Part shown: one piece after another, positions 47,820-57,738 of the stretch
How positions within the stretch are numbered: position 1 is the first letter of the stretch
Layout of the letters: each line of letters begins with the position of its first letter
Source: Clostridia bacterium
Lineage (GTDB): Bacteria > Bacillota > Clostridia > UMGS1883
Direction of reading: 5' to 3'
DNA: 64,000 nt
NCBI GenBank assembly: GCA_045615705.1
Contig: JAZLFH010000012.1
Location: 4,417-68,416 of the forward strand
Position numbers and translations under genes: made by a program
Notes under the pieces: model-generated
Databases searched by the model: none
What the model saw: only the letters and a program-made list of their open reading frames with translations
Told to the model about the DNA's origin: nothing

Positions 47820-49043
47820 ATGGAAAATGTATTTGATGTTTTAAAAGAAAGAGGACTTATTGCACAGACAACTCACGAAGAAGAAATCCGTGAGATGCTC
47901 GGTAAAGAAAAGGTTTCTTTCTATATAGGTTTTGACCCGACAGCAGACAGCCTTCATGTGGGACATTTTTTGCAGATGGTTGTAATGAAGCATATGCAGG
48001 ACCACGGGCATATTCCAATCGCACTTGTCGGCGGCGGGACAGGTCATATAGGCGACCCGTCCGGAAGAACGGATATGCGTAAAATGATGACAAAAGAAAT
48101 CATTGACCATAACTGTGAGTGCTTTAAGAAGCAACTTTCATCGGTTATTGACTTTTCGGACGGGAAAGCAATTATGGTCAATAATGCAGATTGGCTTTTG
48201 GAACTGAATTATATTGAATTCTTGCGTGATATCGGTTCATGTTTTTCCGTAAACAAGATGCTTAGTGCAGAGTGTTTTAAACAGCGTTTGGAAAAGGGAT
48301 TATCTTTCCTTGAATTTAACTATATGCTTATGCAGAGTTATGACTTCTTGATGCTTAACCGAAAATACGGTTGCAAACTCGAACTCGGCGGAGATGACCA
48401 GTGGAGCAATATCTTGGGCGGAATTGAACTTTGCAGAAGAAAAGACCAAAAGCAGACCTACGGTATGACATTTACCCTTCTTACAAACAGTGAAGGAAAG
48501 AAAATGGGAAAGACCGCATCGGGTGCTGTTTGGCTTGACCCGAAAAAAACAACTCCGTACGAGTTTTACCAGTATTGGAGAAATGTTGACGATGCCGATG
48601 TTACAAAGTGCATGAAACTTCTTACATTTATTCCGATGGACGAGATAAGAGAGTATGAAAAACTTTCGGGAAGTGCGTTAAACGAAGTAAAAGTTCGCCT
48701 TGCTTACGAGGTAACAAAACTTGTTCACGGAAAAGAAGAAGCACAAAAAGCAAAAGATGCCGCAAGTGCAGCATTTTCAGGCGGAATCAGTGCCGATATG
48801 CCGAGTTACGAAGTAGAAAAAAGTTCGTTAAAAGACGGCAAGGGTATTTTGGACTTGTTGTTTGATGCCGAGTTTATCCCGTCAAAGGGAGAAGGCAGAA
48901 GACTTATAATGCAAGGCGGTCTTTCAATAGATGACAAGAAGGTTAAGGACCCGTCATTTATCGTTACTGACGAAATATTTACAGACGGAAAAATCGTTGT
49001 AAGAAAAGGCAAGAAGAGTTTTCTTAAAATAGAATTAAAATAA
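47820..49043 (+). CDS. tyrS: tyrosyl-tRNA synthetase
   Basis: HVGH, KMGKT and a C-terminal S4 domain are present. I chose ATG 47820. Confidence 0.95.
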   Translation: MENVFDVLKERGLIAQTTHEEEIREMLGKEKVSFYIGFDPTADSLHVGHFLQMVVMKHMQDHGHIPIALVGGGTGHIGDPSGRTDMRKMMTKEIIDHNCECFKKQLSSVIDFSDGKAIMVNNADWLLELNYIEFLRDIGSCFSVNKMLSAECFKQRLEKGLSFLEFNYMLMQSYDFLMLNRKYGCKLELGGDDQWSNILGGIELCRRKDQKQTYGMTFTLLTNSEGKKMGKTASGAVWLDPKKTTPYEFYQYWRNVDDADVTKCMKLLTFIPMDEIREYEKLSGSALNEVKVRLAYEVTKLVHGKEEAQKAKDAASAAFSGGISADMPSYEVEKSSLKDGKGILDLLFDAEFIPSKGEGRRLIMQGGLSIDDKKVKDPSFIVTDEIFTDGKIVVRKGKKSFLKIELK

Positions 49044-49056
49044 AGGAAGAATTAAA

Positions 49057-50403
49057 ATGAACATCAAATTTGATACAAAAAAAGCAAAGGATTTTATTAC
49101 AGAAGAAGAAATTCTTAAAATGCAGGACGAAATAAGTCTTGCACATAAGACACTGCACGAAAAGAGCGGACTCGGAAACGATTTTTTGGGTTGGGTTGAC
49201 CTTCCCGAAAATTATGATAAAGACGAGTTTGAAAGAATAAAAAAGGCAGCAGAAAAAATTAAGAAAAACTCGGACGCACTCGTTGTAATCGGTATCGGAG
49301 GTTCATATCTCGGTGCGAAGATGGTTATTGAAATGCTTTCGCACAGTTTTTCAAATTCCGTTAAGGCAAAAAGAAACGGCACTCCCGAAATTTACTTTGC
49401 CGGAAACAGCATCAGTTCGACATATCTTTGCGACCTTTTGGATTGTTTGGAAGGGAAAGACTTTTCGGTTAACATAATTTCAAAAAGCGGTACAACGACA
49501 GAACCGGCAATCGCTTTTAGAATTTTCAGAGAACTTTTGATTAAGAAGTACGGTAAGGACGGAGCAAAGGACAGAATTTTTGTTACAACGGACAAGCAGA
49601 AAGGTGCATTAAAAGCTCTTGCCGACCGTGAAGGATATGAAACATTTGTTGTTCCCGATGATGTAGGCGGAAGATTTTCGGTTCTTACGGCAGTAGGGCT
49701 TTTGCCCATTGCTTCGAGCGGAGCGGATATTGACCTTTTGATGCAAGGTGCAAAAGACGCAATGCAGGAATACAAAAATCCGTGTCTTAAAGAAAATGAA
49801 TGTTATCGCTATGCCGCAGTAAGAAACATCCTTTACAGAAGGGGAAAAACAACGGAAATTATGGTAAATTACGAGCCGAATGTTCACTATTTTTCAGAAT
49901 GGTGGAAACAACTTTACGGCGAAAGCGAAGGAAAAGACAAGAAAGGTATTTTCCCCGCATCGGTTGATTTTTCGACAGACCTTCACTCTATGGGACAGTA
50001 TATTCAAGACGGACAGAGAAATATTTTTGAAACCGTTTTGTTCTTTGAAAACCCACGCCGTGATATAACAATCACGGAGGATAAAGAAAATGTTGACGGA
50101 CTTAACTTCCTTACGGGAAAGACGGTAAGTTTTGTAAATAAACAGGCGTTTTACGGCACAATGCTTGCCCATACGGACGGAAGCGTTCCAAACTTTGTTA
50201 TGTCAATAGAAAGACAAGACGAATACAGCCTCGGTAATATGATTTACTTCTTTGAAAAGGCTTGCGGTATAAGTGGCTATATACTTGGGGTAAATCCGTT
50301 TAACCAGCCCGGTGTTGAAGCGTATAAGAAGAATATGTTCGCACTTTTGGGAAAACCCGGTTACGAAGCACAGCAGGAAGAACTCTTAAAGCGGATTAAG
50401 TAA
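49057..50403 (+). CDS. pgi: glucose-6-phosphate isomerase
   Basis: GIGGSYLG and SKSGTTTE are present. Confidence 0.95.
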   Translation: MNIKFDTKKAKDFITEEEILKMQDEISLAHKTLHEKSGLGNDFLGWVDLPENYDKDEFERIKKAAEKIKKNSDALVVIGIGGSYLGAKMVIEMLSHSFSNSVKAKRNGTPEIYFAGNSISSTYLCDLLDCLEGKDFSVNIISKSGTTTEPAIAFRIFRELLIKKYGKDGAKDRIFVTTDKQKGALKALADREGYETFVVPDDVGGRFSVLTAVGLLPIASSGADIDLLMQGAKDAMQEYKNPCLKENECYRYAAVRNILYRRGKTTEIMVNYEPNVHYFSEWWKQLYGESEGKDKKGIFPASVDFSTDLHSMGQYIQDGQRNIFETVLFFENPRRDITITEDKENVDGLNFLTGKTVSFVNKQAFYGTMLAHTDGSVPNFVMSIERQDEYSLGNMIYFFEKACGISGYILGVNPFNQPGVEAYKKNMFALLGKPGYEAQQEELLKRIK

Positions 50404-50439
50404 ATAAAACGGCAACAAGAAACAAAGAATATACAAATA

Positions 50440-50470
50440 GGATGTAAAATAACAACTGTTTTTTACATCC
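50440..50470. terminator. bidirectional terminator, second copy of the GGATGTAAAA/TTTTACATCC hairpin
   Basis: The sequence is GGATGTAAAATAACAACTGTTTTTTACATCC. The right arm overlaps the last codons of the minus-strand gene. Confidence 0.55.
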
Positions 50471-50942
50471 TATTCTGTTTATATATCAAATCAAATACGG
50501 ACAAAACAAATATTAGAAAAGATATTATGTAAACTACGATTGAATTTGACAAAAAAGGCACAGATAAGAAAAGAAGAAGTCCCGAAATTTTGTTTGCAAA
50601 AGTGTGAAGATTTTTAAATTTCAAAAATGAAATAAGTTTTAAAATAAAAATAACTGTAATTAATAAAAATATGGTTTTATCCGTAAAAACAAATCCGTAA
50701 ATTTTGTATACGCATACCAAAATAAAGAAAAAGTCGCAAAAGGAGTCAAAATGCTTCCCGAATCTGCTTTCAATTCTTAACTTTCTTGCCAAAAAGCCGT
50801 CCAAGACATCACTTACACCACATAATATGTAGAGAGTAAAAAACCATGGAGAAAAAAGAGGTTTAAAAAAGAGAAAAATTGAAAACACAAGCCTTGAAAG
50901 ACTAAAAATATTTGCAATATTTTTTCTAAACAAAAATTTCAC
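50463..50942 (-). CDS. CDP-alcohol phosphatidyltransferase family protein
   Basis: The DVLDGFLARKLRIESRFGKHFDSFCD motif matches D-x2-DG-x2-AR-x8-G-x3-D-x3-D. The protein is polytopic. Confidence 0.75.
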   Translation of the reverse strand: MKFLFRKNIANIFSLSRLVFSIFLFFKPLFSPWFFTLYILCGVSDVLDGFLARKLRIESRFGKHFDSFCDFFFILVCVYKIYGFVFTDKTIFLLITVIFILKLISFLKFKNLHTFANKISGLLLFLSVPFLSNSIVVYIISFLIFVLSVFDLIYKQNRM

Positions 50943-51019
50943 CTCGTCCGAAATTAATAGTATAATAATACTAAATCAAAGTCAATAGCGTGAAATCCAA
51001 ACAAAAATACATATATCTC

Positions 51020-51048
51020 TTGAATTTCTAAATATTCTCTGTTATAAT
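51020..51048 (+). promoter_or_regulatory. sigma-A promoter of trkAH
   Basis: TTGAAT (51020-25), a 17-nt spacer, then TATAAT (51043-48). Confidence 0.5.
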
Positions 51049-51070
51049 ACGCTCGTAATGGTAGGTGAGC

Positions 51071-52432
51071 ATGATGAATATAATTATTGTAGGTTGCGGT
51101 AAGGTAGGTCAAACAGTTGCAGAACGGCTTAGCCAAGAGGAAAACCACAATATTACAGTTGTAGATACGGCTCTTTCCGTTGTGCAGAATACTACAAACG
51201 CACTCGATATAATGGGCGTTGCGGGAAGCGGAACAGATGTGGAAACATTAAAAGAGGCAGGCATTACCAAGGCTGATATTTTAATTGCAGTAACAGGTTC
51301 GGACGAAACAAATCTTATTTCGTGCCTTATGGCAAAAAAACTCGGCGGGGTAAAAACCATTGCAAGAATTCGCCGTCCCGAATACAGCAGTGCAATCAAT
51401 ACCATAAAGGATGATTTAGGACTTGCAATGGCAATAAATCCTGAAAAAACAGCGGCAGAAGAAATTGCAAGAGTTCTCAGATTCCCGACAGCAATAAGCA
51501 TTGACACATTTGCAAAAGGAAGAATTGAGATTTTAAAGTTTAAACTTCCCGAAGGAAGTGTCCTTGACAATATGAAGGTTATGGACATTTTGCCCAAATT
51601 AAACTGTGATGTCTTGGTTTGCGGAGTAGAAAGAGAAAACGAAGCGTTTATCCCGGGCGGAGATTTTGTGTTAAGGGCAGGAGATTATGTAAGCATTATC
51701 TCTTCAATATCGGGTCAGTCGGCATTCTTTAAGAAAATCGGGATAAAGACAAATCGTGTAAAAGATGCACTTATTGTAGGCGGTGGAGAACTGTCTTACT
51801 ACCTTGCGAAAAGACTTATCGAAACAGGTATTGATGTAAAAATAATTGAAAATAATACGCAAAGGTGCGAAGAAATATGCCAAATGCTTCCGAAAGCAAC
51901 GGTTATAAACGGAGACGGAACAGATAACTTGTTATTGGAAGAGGAAGGAATCAAGTCTTGCGAGGCGTTTGTTTCGCTCACAAATATTGATGAACAAAAT
52001 GTTCTTTTATCACTGTTTGCCAAAGATAAATCTTCGGCAAAAGTAGTTACTAAAATAAACCGAATTGCTTATGACGAAGTTATTGAAAGTTTAGACCTCG
52101 GAACGACAATTCATCCGAAAAATCTCGTTGCGGAATACATTGTCCGCTTTGTCAGGGCAAAAAACAACTCAATAGGAAGCAATATTGAAACAATGCATAT
52201 GATTTTGGACGGCAAAGCGGAAGCACTTGAATTTAGGGTTGGAGAAAATGACCCTGTTGTGGACATTCCCATTCAGGAACTTGACCTTAAAAAGAATATT
52301 TTAATTGCTTGTATCAACAGAAACGGTAAGGTTGTAATTCCTCGCGGAAAAGATAAGATAGAAGCAAATGACACAGTAATTGTTGTAACGCTGAAATCGG
52401 GATTTAAAGATATTTCGGATATCTTGAAATAG
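51071..52432 (+). CDS. trkA: Trk potassium uptake protein TrkA (two RCK units)
   Basis: IIIVGCGKVG and a second copy LIVGGGELS are present. Confidence 0.9.
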   Translation: MMNIIIVGCGKVGQTVAERLSQEENHNITVVDTALSVVQNTTNALDIMGVAGSGTDVETLKEAGITKADILIAVTGSDETNLISCLMAKKLGGVKTIARIRRPEYSSAINTIKDDLGLAMAINPEKTAAEEIARVLRFPTAISIDTFAKGRIEILKFKLPEGSVLDNMKVMDILPKLNCDVLVCGVERENEAFIPGGDFVLRAGDYVSIISSISGQSAFFKKIGIKTNRVKDALIVGGGELSYYLAKRLIETGIDVKIIENNTQRCEEICQMLPKATVINGDGTDNLLLEEEGIKSCEAFVSLTNIDEQNVLLSLFAKDKSSAKVVTKINRIAYDEVIESLDLGTTIHPKNLVAEYIVRFVRAKNNSIGSNIETMHMILDGKAEALEFRVGENDPVVDIPIQELDLKKNILIACINRNGKVVIPRGKDKIEANDTVIVVTLKSGFKDISDILK

Positions 52433-52444
52433 CAGGAGAGTAAT

Positions 52445-53884
52445 ATGAACATAAAAACAGTAAGACGCATATTGGGACTCGTGCTTTTTGTAGAGGCCGT
52501 TTCCATGCTGTTACCGATAGTTTGTGCGATAATATACGGAGAAAAAGACTGCATCTTTGCATTTTCAAAGTGTATCGTATTAGCCATTGTAATTGGTGGA
52601 CTTTTAACCATTAAGACTAATTCAAAAGAGTCTATGTTTGCAAAAGAAGGCTTTGCAAGTGTTGCACTTGCTTGGATTGTCATGAGTATATTCGGAGCAC
52701 TTCCTTTTGTATTTTCAGGGACCATTCCGAATTTTATAGATGCACTTTTTGAAACCGCATCGGGGTTTTCAACAACAGGGGCATCAATTCTTACCGATGT
52801 TGAAGCACTTCCGAAGAGTATGCTTTTTTGGAGAAGTTTTACTCACTGGCTCGGCGGTATGGGAGTATTGGTATTCTTGCTTGCGATTATTCCATCGGCA
52901 GGCGGAAATAATTTTTTCTTAATGAAGGCGGAAAGCCCCGGGCCGAGTGTAAGTAAGTTAGTTCCCCGTGTAAAGACAAGTGCAACTATTTTGTACGGGA
53001 TATATATTGTAATGACGGTCATAGAAATGATAATTCTTCTTTTGGGCGGTATGGAAGCGTTTGATGCAATTACACTTTCACTCGGTACCGCAGGAACCGG
53101 CGGATTTGCGGTAAGAAATTCGGGACTTTCGGATTACAGTGCATTTTCACAGATTGTTATTACTGTATTTATGATACTTTTTGGTATTGATTTTTCGCTT
53201 TATTATCTTACTTTGACCAAAAAAGTTAAGTCGGCATTAAAATCAAGTGAACTTCATTGGTATTTGATTATTATTTTTACGGCAATAACCGCTATCACAA
53301 TAAATTGCAGACACCTTTTCGCAAGTTTGGGAGAAACTATTCGCCACACTGCGTTTCAGGTAGGCTCAATAATTACCACAACCGGATACTCGACATGCGA
53401 TTTTAACCTTTGGCCCGAACTTTCAAAGACAATTTTGGTTACGCTTATGTTTGTAGGTGCTTGTGCGGGAAGTACCGGCGGCGGAATAAAGGTTTCAAGA
53501 ATAATAATCTTGGCAAAGAGCCTTGTAAAAGAAATCAGGATTGCGGCTCACCCCAAGGCAACAGTTAAAACGACCATGAACGGAAGATTGGTTGAGCATG
53601 AAACGGTACGCTCAATCAATACATACATGGTTGCTTATGTAATAATATTTGTAGTTTCAATTTTACTGATAAGTTTTGACAATTTTGACTACACAACTAA
53701 TTTTACTGCCGTTTCGGCAACGCTTAACAACATAGGACCGGGACTTAATTTAGTCGGTCCTACGGGAAATTTTTCAATGTTTTCGCCGGTTTCAAAACTT
53801 GTAATGGTGTTTGATATGCTTGCGGGAAGACTTGAAATATTCCCGATGCTCGTACTCTTTTCAAAATTTGCATGGAAGAAATAA
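52445..53884 (+). CDS. trkH: TrkH/KtrB-family potassium transporter
   Basis: The protein is polytopic, with repeated selectivity-filter-like motifs SGFSTTG, GTAGTGG and TTTGYS. Confidence 0.9.
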   Translation: MNIKTVRRILGLVLFVEAVSMLLPIVCAIIYGEKDCIFAFSKCIVLAIVIGGLLTIKTNSKESMFAKEGFASVALAWIVMSIFGALPFVFSGTIPNFIDALFETASGFSTTGASILTDVEALPKSMLFWRSFTHWLGGMGVLVFLLAIIPSAGGNNFFLMKAESPGPSVSKLVPRVKTSATILYGIYIVMTVIEMIILLLGGMEAFDAITLSLGTAGTGGFAVRNSGLSDYSAFSQIVITVFMILFGIDFSLYYLTLTKKVKSALKSSELHWYLIIIFTAITAITINCRHLFASLGETIRHTAFQVGSIITTTGYSTCDFNLWPELSKTILVTLMFVGACAGSTGGGIKVSRIIILAKSLVKEIRIAAHPKATVKTTMNGRLVEHETVRSINTYMVAYVIIFVVSILLISFDNFDYTTNFTAVSATLNNIGPGLNLVGPTGNFSMFSPVSKLVMVFDMLAGRLEIFPMLVLFSKFAWKK

Positions 53885-53898
53885 TAAAGTAAGGAGAT

Positions 53899-54525
53899 AT
53901 GAAAATGAGAATTATAACGGTAAGCAGAGAATTCAGCAGTGGCGGAAGAGAGGTTGCAAAGCGTTTGGCTGATGTTTTGGGCTTTAAGTACTATGACCGT
54001 GAGATTATTACGGGAATAGCAGAACAGTGCGGAGAAAGTGAGAATTTTATAAGGCATACTCTTCGCAATTCATCGGAGATTTCCACACCCATTACATTTG
54101 GAAATTCATTTTCCATAAATCTTCCTCAACTTATGCGTACAGATATTTTGGTTTCACAAAAAAATGTCATTGAAGAACTCGCAAAACAAGGCGAAGACTT
54201 CATAATGGTTGGAAGAAATTCCGATATTTTATTAAGAGAATACAATCCGCTGAATATTTTTATATGTGCAAATAAAGAAGCGAAAATCCAAAGATGTATA
54301 GACAGGGCTCCCGAGGGCGAAAAACTTACAAGAAAAGAAATTGAGAAGAAGATGGCGAAAATTGATAAGTCAAGGAAGAGAACGAGAGCAATGATTGCAG
54401 ACGGCGAGTGGGGAGAAAGACATCAGTATAACCTGATCGTAAATACAACCGGTTGGGATATGAAAGAGTTGTCGATTGTTTTGGGTGATTTTTGCAAGAG
54501 TTGGTTTGACAGAAACAATAAATAG
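53899..54525 (+). CDS. cytidylate kinase-like family protein
   Basis: ITVSREFSSGGREVAKRLA resembles the N-terminal signature of the Cytidylate_kin2 family. Confidence 0.55.
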   Translation: MKMRIITVSREFSSGGREVAKRLADVLGFKYYDREIITGIAEQCGESENFIRHTLRNSSEISTPITFGNSFSINLPQLMRTDILVSQKNVIEELAKQGEDFIMVGRNSDILLREYNPLNIFICANKEAKIQRCIDRAPEGEKLTRKEIEKKMAKIDKSRKRTRAMIADGEWGERHQYNLIVNTTGWDMKELSIVLGDFCKSWFDRNNK

Positions 54526-54580
54526 CCTTTTTAAAGGTGTCGGGATATTTCCGACACTTTTAGTGAAGAACAAAAAAATG

Positions 54581-54598
54581 CTTGCATATTTATTCAAA
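54581..54598. promoter_or_regulatory. candidate ARG box (ArgR/AhrC operator) overlapping the argGH -35
   Basis: The reverse complement TTTGAATAAATATGCAAG has one mismatch in the right half-site (ATGCA vs ATTCA) against TNTGAATWWWWATTCANW. The promoter is TTGCAT (54582-87), 17 nt, then TATTAT (54605-10). Confidence 0.45.
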
Positions 54599-54648
54599 AA
54601 GGTGTATTATTTATCAATAAACAGAAAACATGGTTTGGAGGTAACATC

Positions 54649-55878
54649 ATGGATAAGAAAAATATCAAAAAGATAGTTTTGGCGTATTCCGGCGGTCTTG
54701 ATACATCAATTATTATCCCGTGGTTAAAGGAGAACTACAATAATCCCGAGATTATTGCGGTATCCGGAAATGTCGGACAAAAATCGGAACTTGAAGGACT
54801 TGAAGAGAAAGCCATAAAGACAGGTGCTTCAAAGATTTACATAGAAGATCTCACTGAGGAGTTCTTGACAGATTATGTATTTCCGTGCGTCCAGGCGGGA
54901 GCACTTTATGAGGAATATATGTTGGGAACTGCATTTGCCCGTCCTCCGATTGCAAAGAGAATTGCGGAAATTGCACTTTCAGAAGGTGCGGACGCAATTT
55001 GTCATGGTTGCACGGGAAAAGGAAATGACCAGGTCCGTTTTGAAATGGCAATCAAGGCTTTTGCTCCCGATATGCCGATTATTGCTCCGTGGCGTGAGTG
55101 GGACATCAAATCTCGTGATGAGGAAATTGATTATGCACAAGCACACAATGTACCGCTTAAAATTAACAGAGAAACGAATTATTCAAAGGATAAAAACATC
55201 TGGCATCTTTCACACGAAGGACTTGACCTTGAAGACCCGAAGAACGAGCCCCTTTACAACAAAGAGGGATTCCTTGAAATGGGTGTAAGTCCCGAAAAGG
55301 CACCGGATAAGCCGACATATGTAACAATACACTTTGAAAAAGGCGTTCCCACAGAAATTGACGGCAAAAAGATGAATGCAACGGAAGTTGTAACAACTTT
55401 AAACAAACTTGGCGGCGAAAACGGAATAGGACTTCTCGACATTGTGGAAAACCGCTTGGTAGGTATGAAGTGCCGTGGAGTTTATGAAACACCGGGCGGA
55501 GCGATTCTTTATAAAGCACACAGCGTGCTTGAATCAATTTGCCTTGATAAAGAAACGGCACATTATAAATCACTTGTAGCACAAAAACTCGGCGAACTTG
55601 TTTATAATGCACAGTGGTTTACACCCCTTACAAAGGCAATTTTAAGTTTTGTTAAGACAACTCAGGAAACGGTTACGGGAGATGTAAAGTTAAAACTCTA
55701 CAAAGGTAATATGATAAATGCGGGAGTATCTTCAAAGTACTCGTTATACGATAGCGAGATAGCAACATTTGATGAGGACGAAGTATATGACCAGAAAGAC
55801 TCCGCAGGGTTTATAAACCTTTACTCACTTTCTACAAAGGTTTATGCAAAAATGAAAGAAAAGAATAATTTGAAGTAG
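54649..55878 (+). CDS. argG: argininosuccinate synthase
   Basis: AYSGGLDTS and [13 protein letters not shown] are present. Confidence 0.95.
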   Translation: MDKKNIKKIVLAYSGGLDTSIIIPWLKENYNNPEIIAVSGNVGQKSELEGLEEKAIKTGASKIYIEDLTEEFLTDYVFPCVQAGALYEEYMLGTAFARPPIAKRIAEIALSEGADAICHGCTGKGNDQVRFEMAIKAFAPDMPIIAPWREWDIKSRDEEIDYAQAHNVPLKINRETNYSKDKNIWHLSHEGLDLEDPKNEPLYNKEGFLEMGVSPEKAPDKPTYVTIHFEKGVPTEIDGKKMNATEVVTTLNKLGGENGIGLLDIVENRLVGMKCRGVYETPGGAILYKAHSVLESICLDKETAHYKSLVAQKLGELVYNAQWFTPLTKAILSFVKTTQETVTGDVKLKLYKGNMINAGVSSKYSLYDSEIATFDEDEVYDQKDSAGFINLYSLSTKVYAKMKEKNNLK

Positions 55879-55886
55879 GTTTTATA

Positions 55887-57266
55887 ATGGGTAAAATGTG
55901 GGCAGGCAGGACAGACGGGAAAACCGAAAAGATTGCCGATGATTTCAATTCATCAATTCATTTTGATAAGAGAATGTACCAAGAGGACATAAGGGGAAGT
56001 ATAGCTCATGCGGTTATGCTCAAAAATCAGGGCATAATCGAAGAATCTGAGGCACTTTCAATTATTGCCGGCTTGGAAGGTATTTTAAACGACTTAAACA
56101 GCGGTGCACTTTTGTTTGATATGGACTGCGAAGATATTCATATGTTCGTGGAAGAAAAACTTACAGAAAGAATAGGCGATGCGGGAAAACGCCTGCACAC
56201 TGCACGAAGCCGTAACGACCAAGTGGCACTTGACATCAGAATGTATCTTAGAAATGAAATTGACGAATTAAAGAAACTTTTAATAAGCCTTTTAGAAGTT
56301 ATAAATAAAAAGGCAAAAGAGTACCAAAATACCGTAATGCCGGGATATACTCATCTCCAAAGGGCTCAACCCATTACATTTTCGCATCACATTTTGGCGT
56401 ATGCCATGATGTTTTCAAGAGATATAACAAGGCTAAACGATTGCAGGAAAAGAATGAATTTCTCGCCGATAGGAAGTTGTGCGTTGGCAGGAACAACATA
56501 CAATACCGACCGCCGTTTTGAGGCTGAGGAACTTGGCTTTTCCGGGATTTGCTTAAACAGTATTGATGGCGTAAGCGACAGAGATTTTTGTATTGAATTA
56601 ATGTCTTGTATCTCAATTATTATGATGCACCTTTCAAGGTTTTCGGAAGAAATTATCCTTTGGTCAAGTCTTGAATTTAAGTTTGTTACACTTTCGGACG
56701 AATACACAACAGGCTCGTCCATTATGCCACAGAAGAAAAATCCCGATATGGCGGAACTTGTCCGTGGTAAGACCGGCAGAGTATACGGCGATTTGATGGC
56801 ACTCTTGACAACACTTAAAGGACTCCCTCTTGCGTATAACAAAGATATGCAGGAGGATAAAGAAAGCATCTTTGATGCCGTAGATACGGTTAAAATGTGC
56901 TTGGAGGTATTTTCCGGAATGCTTGATACTCTGAGGGCAAACGAGGACAAAATGCTTGAAGCATCAAAAGAAGGCTTTATAAATGCAACAGACCTTGCAG
57001 ATTATTTGACAAAAAAAGGCATGCCTTTTCGAAGTGCTTATAAGATTTCAGGCTCTCTTGTAGCATATTGCATTAAAAAGAATAAAACGCTTGAATCACT
57101 TACCATTGATGAGTATAAGGAATTTTCCGAAATCTTCGATGAAGAGGTTTATAAGGCAATAGACTTAACAGAGTGCATAAAAAAGAGAATCAGCGAAGGC
57201 GGAACGGGTGAAGAATCCGTGAAAATGCAGATAGAATATATTGATAAGTTTATAAAAGAAAACTAA
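55887..57266 (+). CDS. argH: argininosuccinate lyase
   Basis: TARSRNDQ and the [12 protein letters not shown] signature are present. Confidence 0.95.
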   Translation: MGKMWAGRTDGKTEKIADDFNSSIHFDKRMYQEDIRGSIAHAVMLKNQGIIEESEALSIIAGLEGILNDLNSGALLFDMDCEDIHMFVEEKLTERIGDAGKRLHTARSRNDQVALDIRMYLRNEIDELKKLLISLLEVINKKAKEYQNTVMPGYTHLQRAQPITFSHHILAYAMMFSRDITRLNDCRKRMNFSPIGSCALAGTTYNTDRRFEAEELGFSGICLNSIDGVSDRDFCIELMSCISIIMMHLSRFSEEIILWSSLEFKFVTLSDEYTTGSSIMPQKKNPDMAELVRGKTGRVYGDLMALLTTLKGLPLAYNKDMQEDKESIFDAVDTVKMCLEVFSGMLDTLRANEDKMLEASKEGFINATDLADYLTKKGMPFRSAYKISGSLVAYCIKKNKTLESLTIDEYKEFSEIFDEEVYKAIDLTECIKKRISEGGTGEESVKMQIEYIDKFIKEN

Positions 57267-57267
57267 C

Positions 57268-57304
57268 AAAAAGAGCGACAAGCCTTAAATTGTCGCTCTT
57301 TTTA
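57268..57304 (+). terminator. argH terminator
   Basis: The sequence is AAAAGAGCGACA-AGCCTTAAAT-TGTCGCTCTTTTT. Confidence 0.6.
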
Positions 57305-57381
57305 TCAATTTATGCTCAATAGATAGTTTAGCCGTATTTAACTCCAATTATTGTTTATTATGGAATAAATCCTTGTATAAT

Positions 57382-57456
57382 ATGCCTGTGGCGTATTTCA
57401 TGTTGTTAAGCATTTCACTGCGGAGCAATTCCGCAAATCCGACAGAATTTATTTCG
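57382..57456 (+). repeat. word/mini-hairpin array copy on the left flank of the R-M island
   Basis: The sequence is ATGCCTGTGGCGTATTTCA..GCATTTCAC..AAATCCGA..ATTTATTTCG. It parallels 60483-60541 in the same orientation. Confidence 0.6.
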
Positions 57457-57488
57457 TTTTTTCTGAAAAAGGCGATCAATTTCAATAC

Positions 57489-57643
57489 AAATGCACCCCA
57501 CGGTTTTTTGGGGTGCATTTGTCAGTTTGCCGGGGTGCATCGTGGGAAATTGGGTGCATTTGTATTAAAAGTGGAGTTCATCTTGAAAAACGGGCATCAT
57601 TTCACACGATTACTCATTTAATGTAAAATTAGTTTCGGTGCAT
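57489..57643 (+). repeat. 12-bp perfect hairpin followed by phased GGTGCAT direct repeats
   Basis: The hairpin is AAATGCACCCCA/TGGGGTGCATTT. GGTGCAT occurs at 57512, 57534, 57553 and 57637, with degenerate copies near 57575 and 57594. Confidence 0.55.
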
Positions 57644-57676
57644 CAAACATTTTGTTTTAAGTAACAAATATAATAT

Positions 57677-57705
57677 TTGACAAAGCACTTTTTATCTGCT
57701 ATAAT
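57677..57705 (+). promoter_or_regulatory. consensus sigma-A promoter of the methyltransferase gene
   Basis: TTGACA (57677-82), a 17-nt spacer, then TATAAT (57700-05). The palindrome CACAATGTG lies at 57711-19. Confidence 0.55.
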
Positions 57706-57738
57706 AAAAACACAATGTGATTTATAGGAGAATGGGTT

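Noticed and set aside
50943-51070. c-di-AMP (ydaO-type) riboswitch before trkA
   Set aside because: The leader is too short (about 20 nt after the -10 box) and shows no conserved structure.
51109-51597. Long antisense ORFs inside genes (for example 51109-51597, 31252-31848, 39030-39545, 56387-56950, 62905-63648, 3290-3667)
   Set aside because: They lie opposite well-supported conserved genes. Their translations are Ser/Ile/Phe-rich and low-complexity, and they have no RBS. These are typical shadow ORFs.
57373-57621. 82-aa ORF across the left-flank array and the GGTGCAT repeats
   Set aside because: It has a TTG start without an RBS, and its sequence is dictated by the repeats. It is not credible as a gene.
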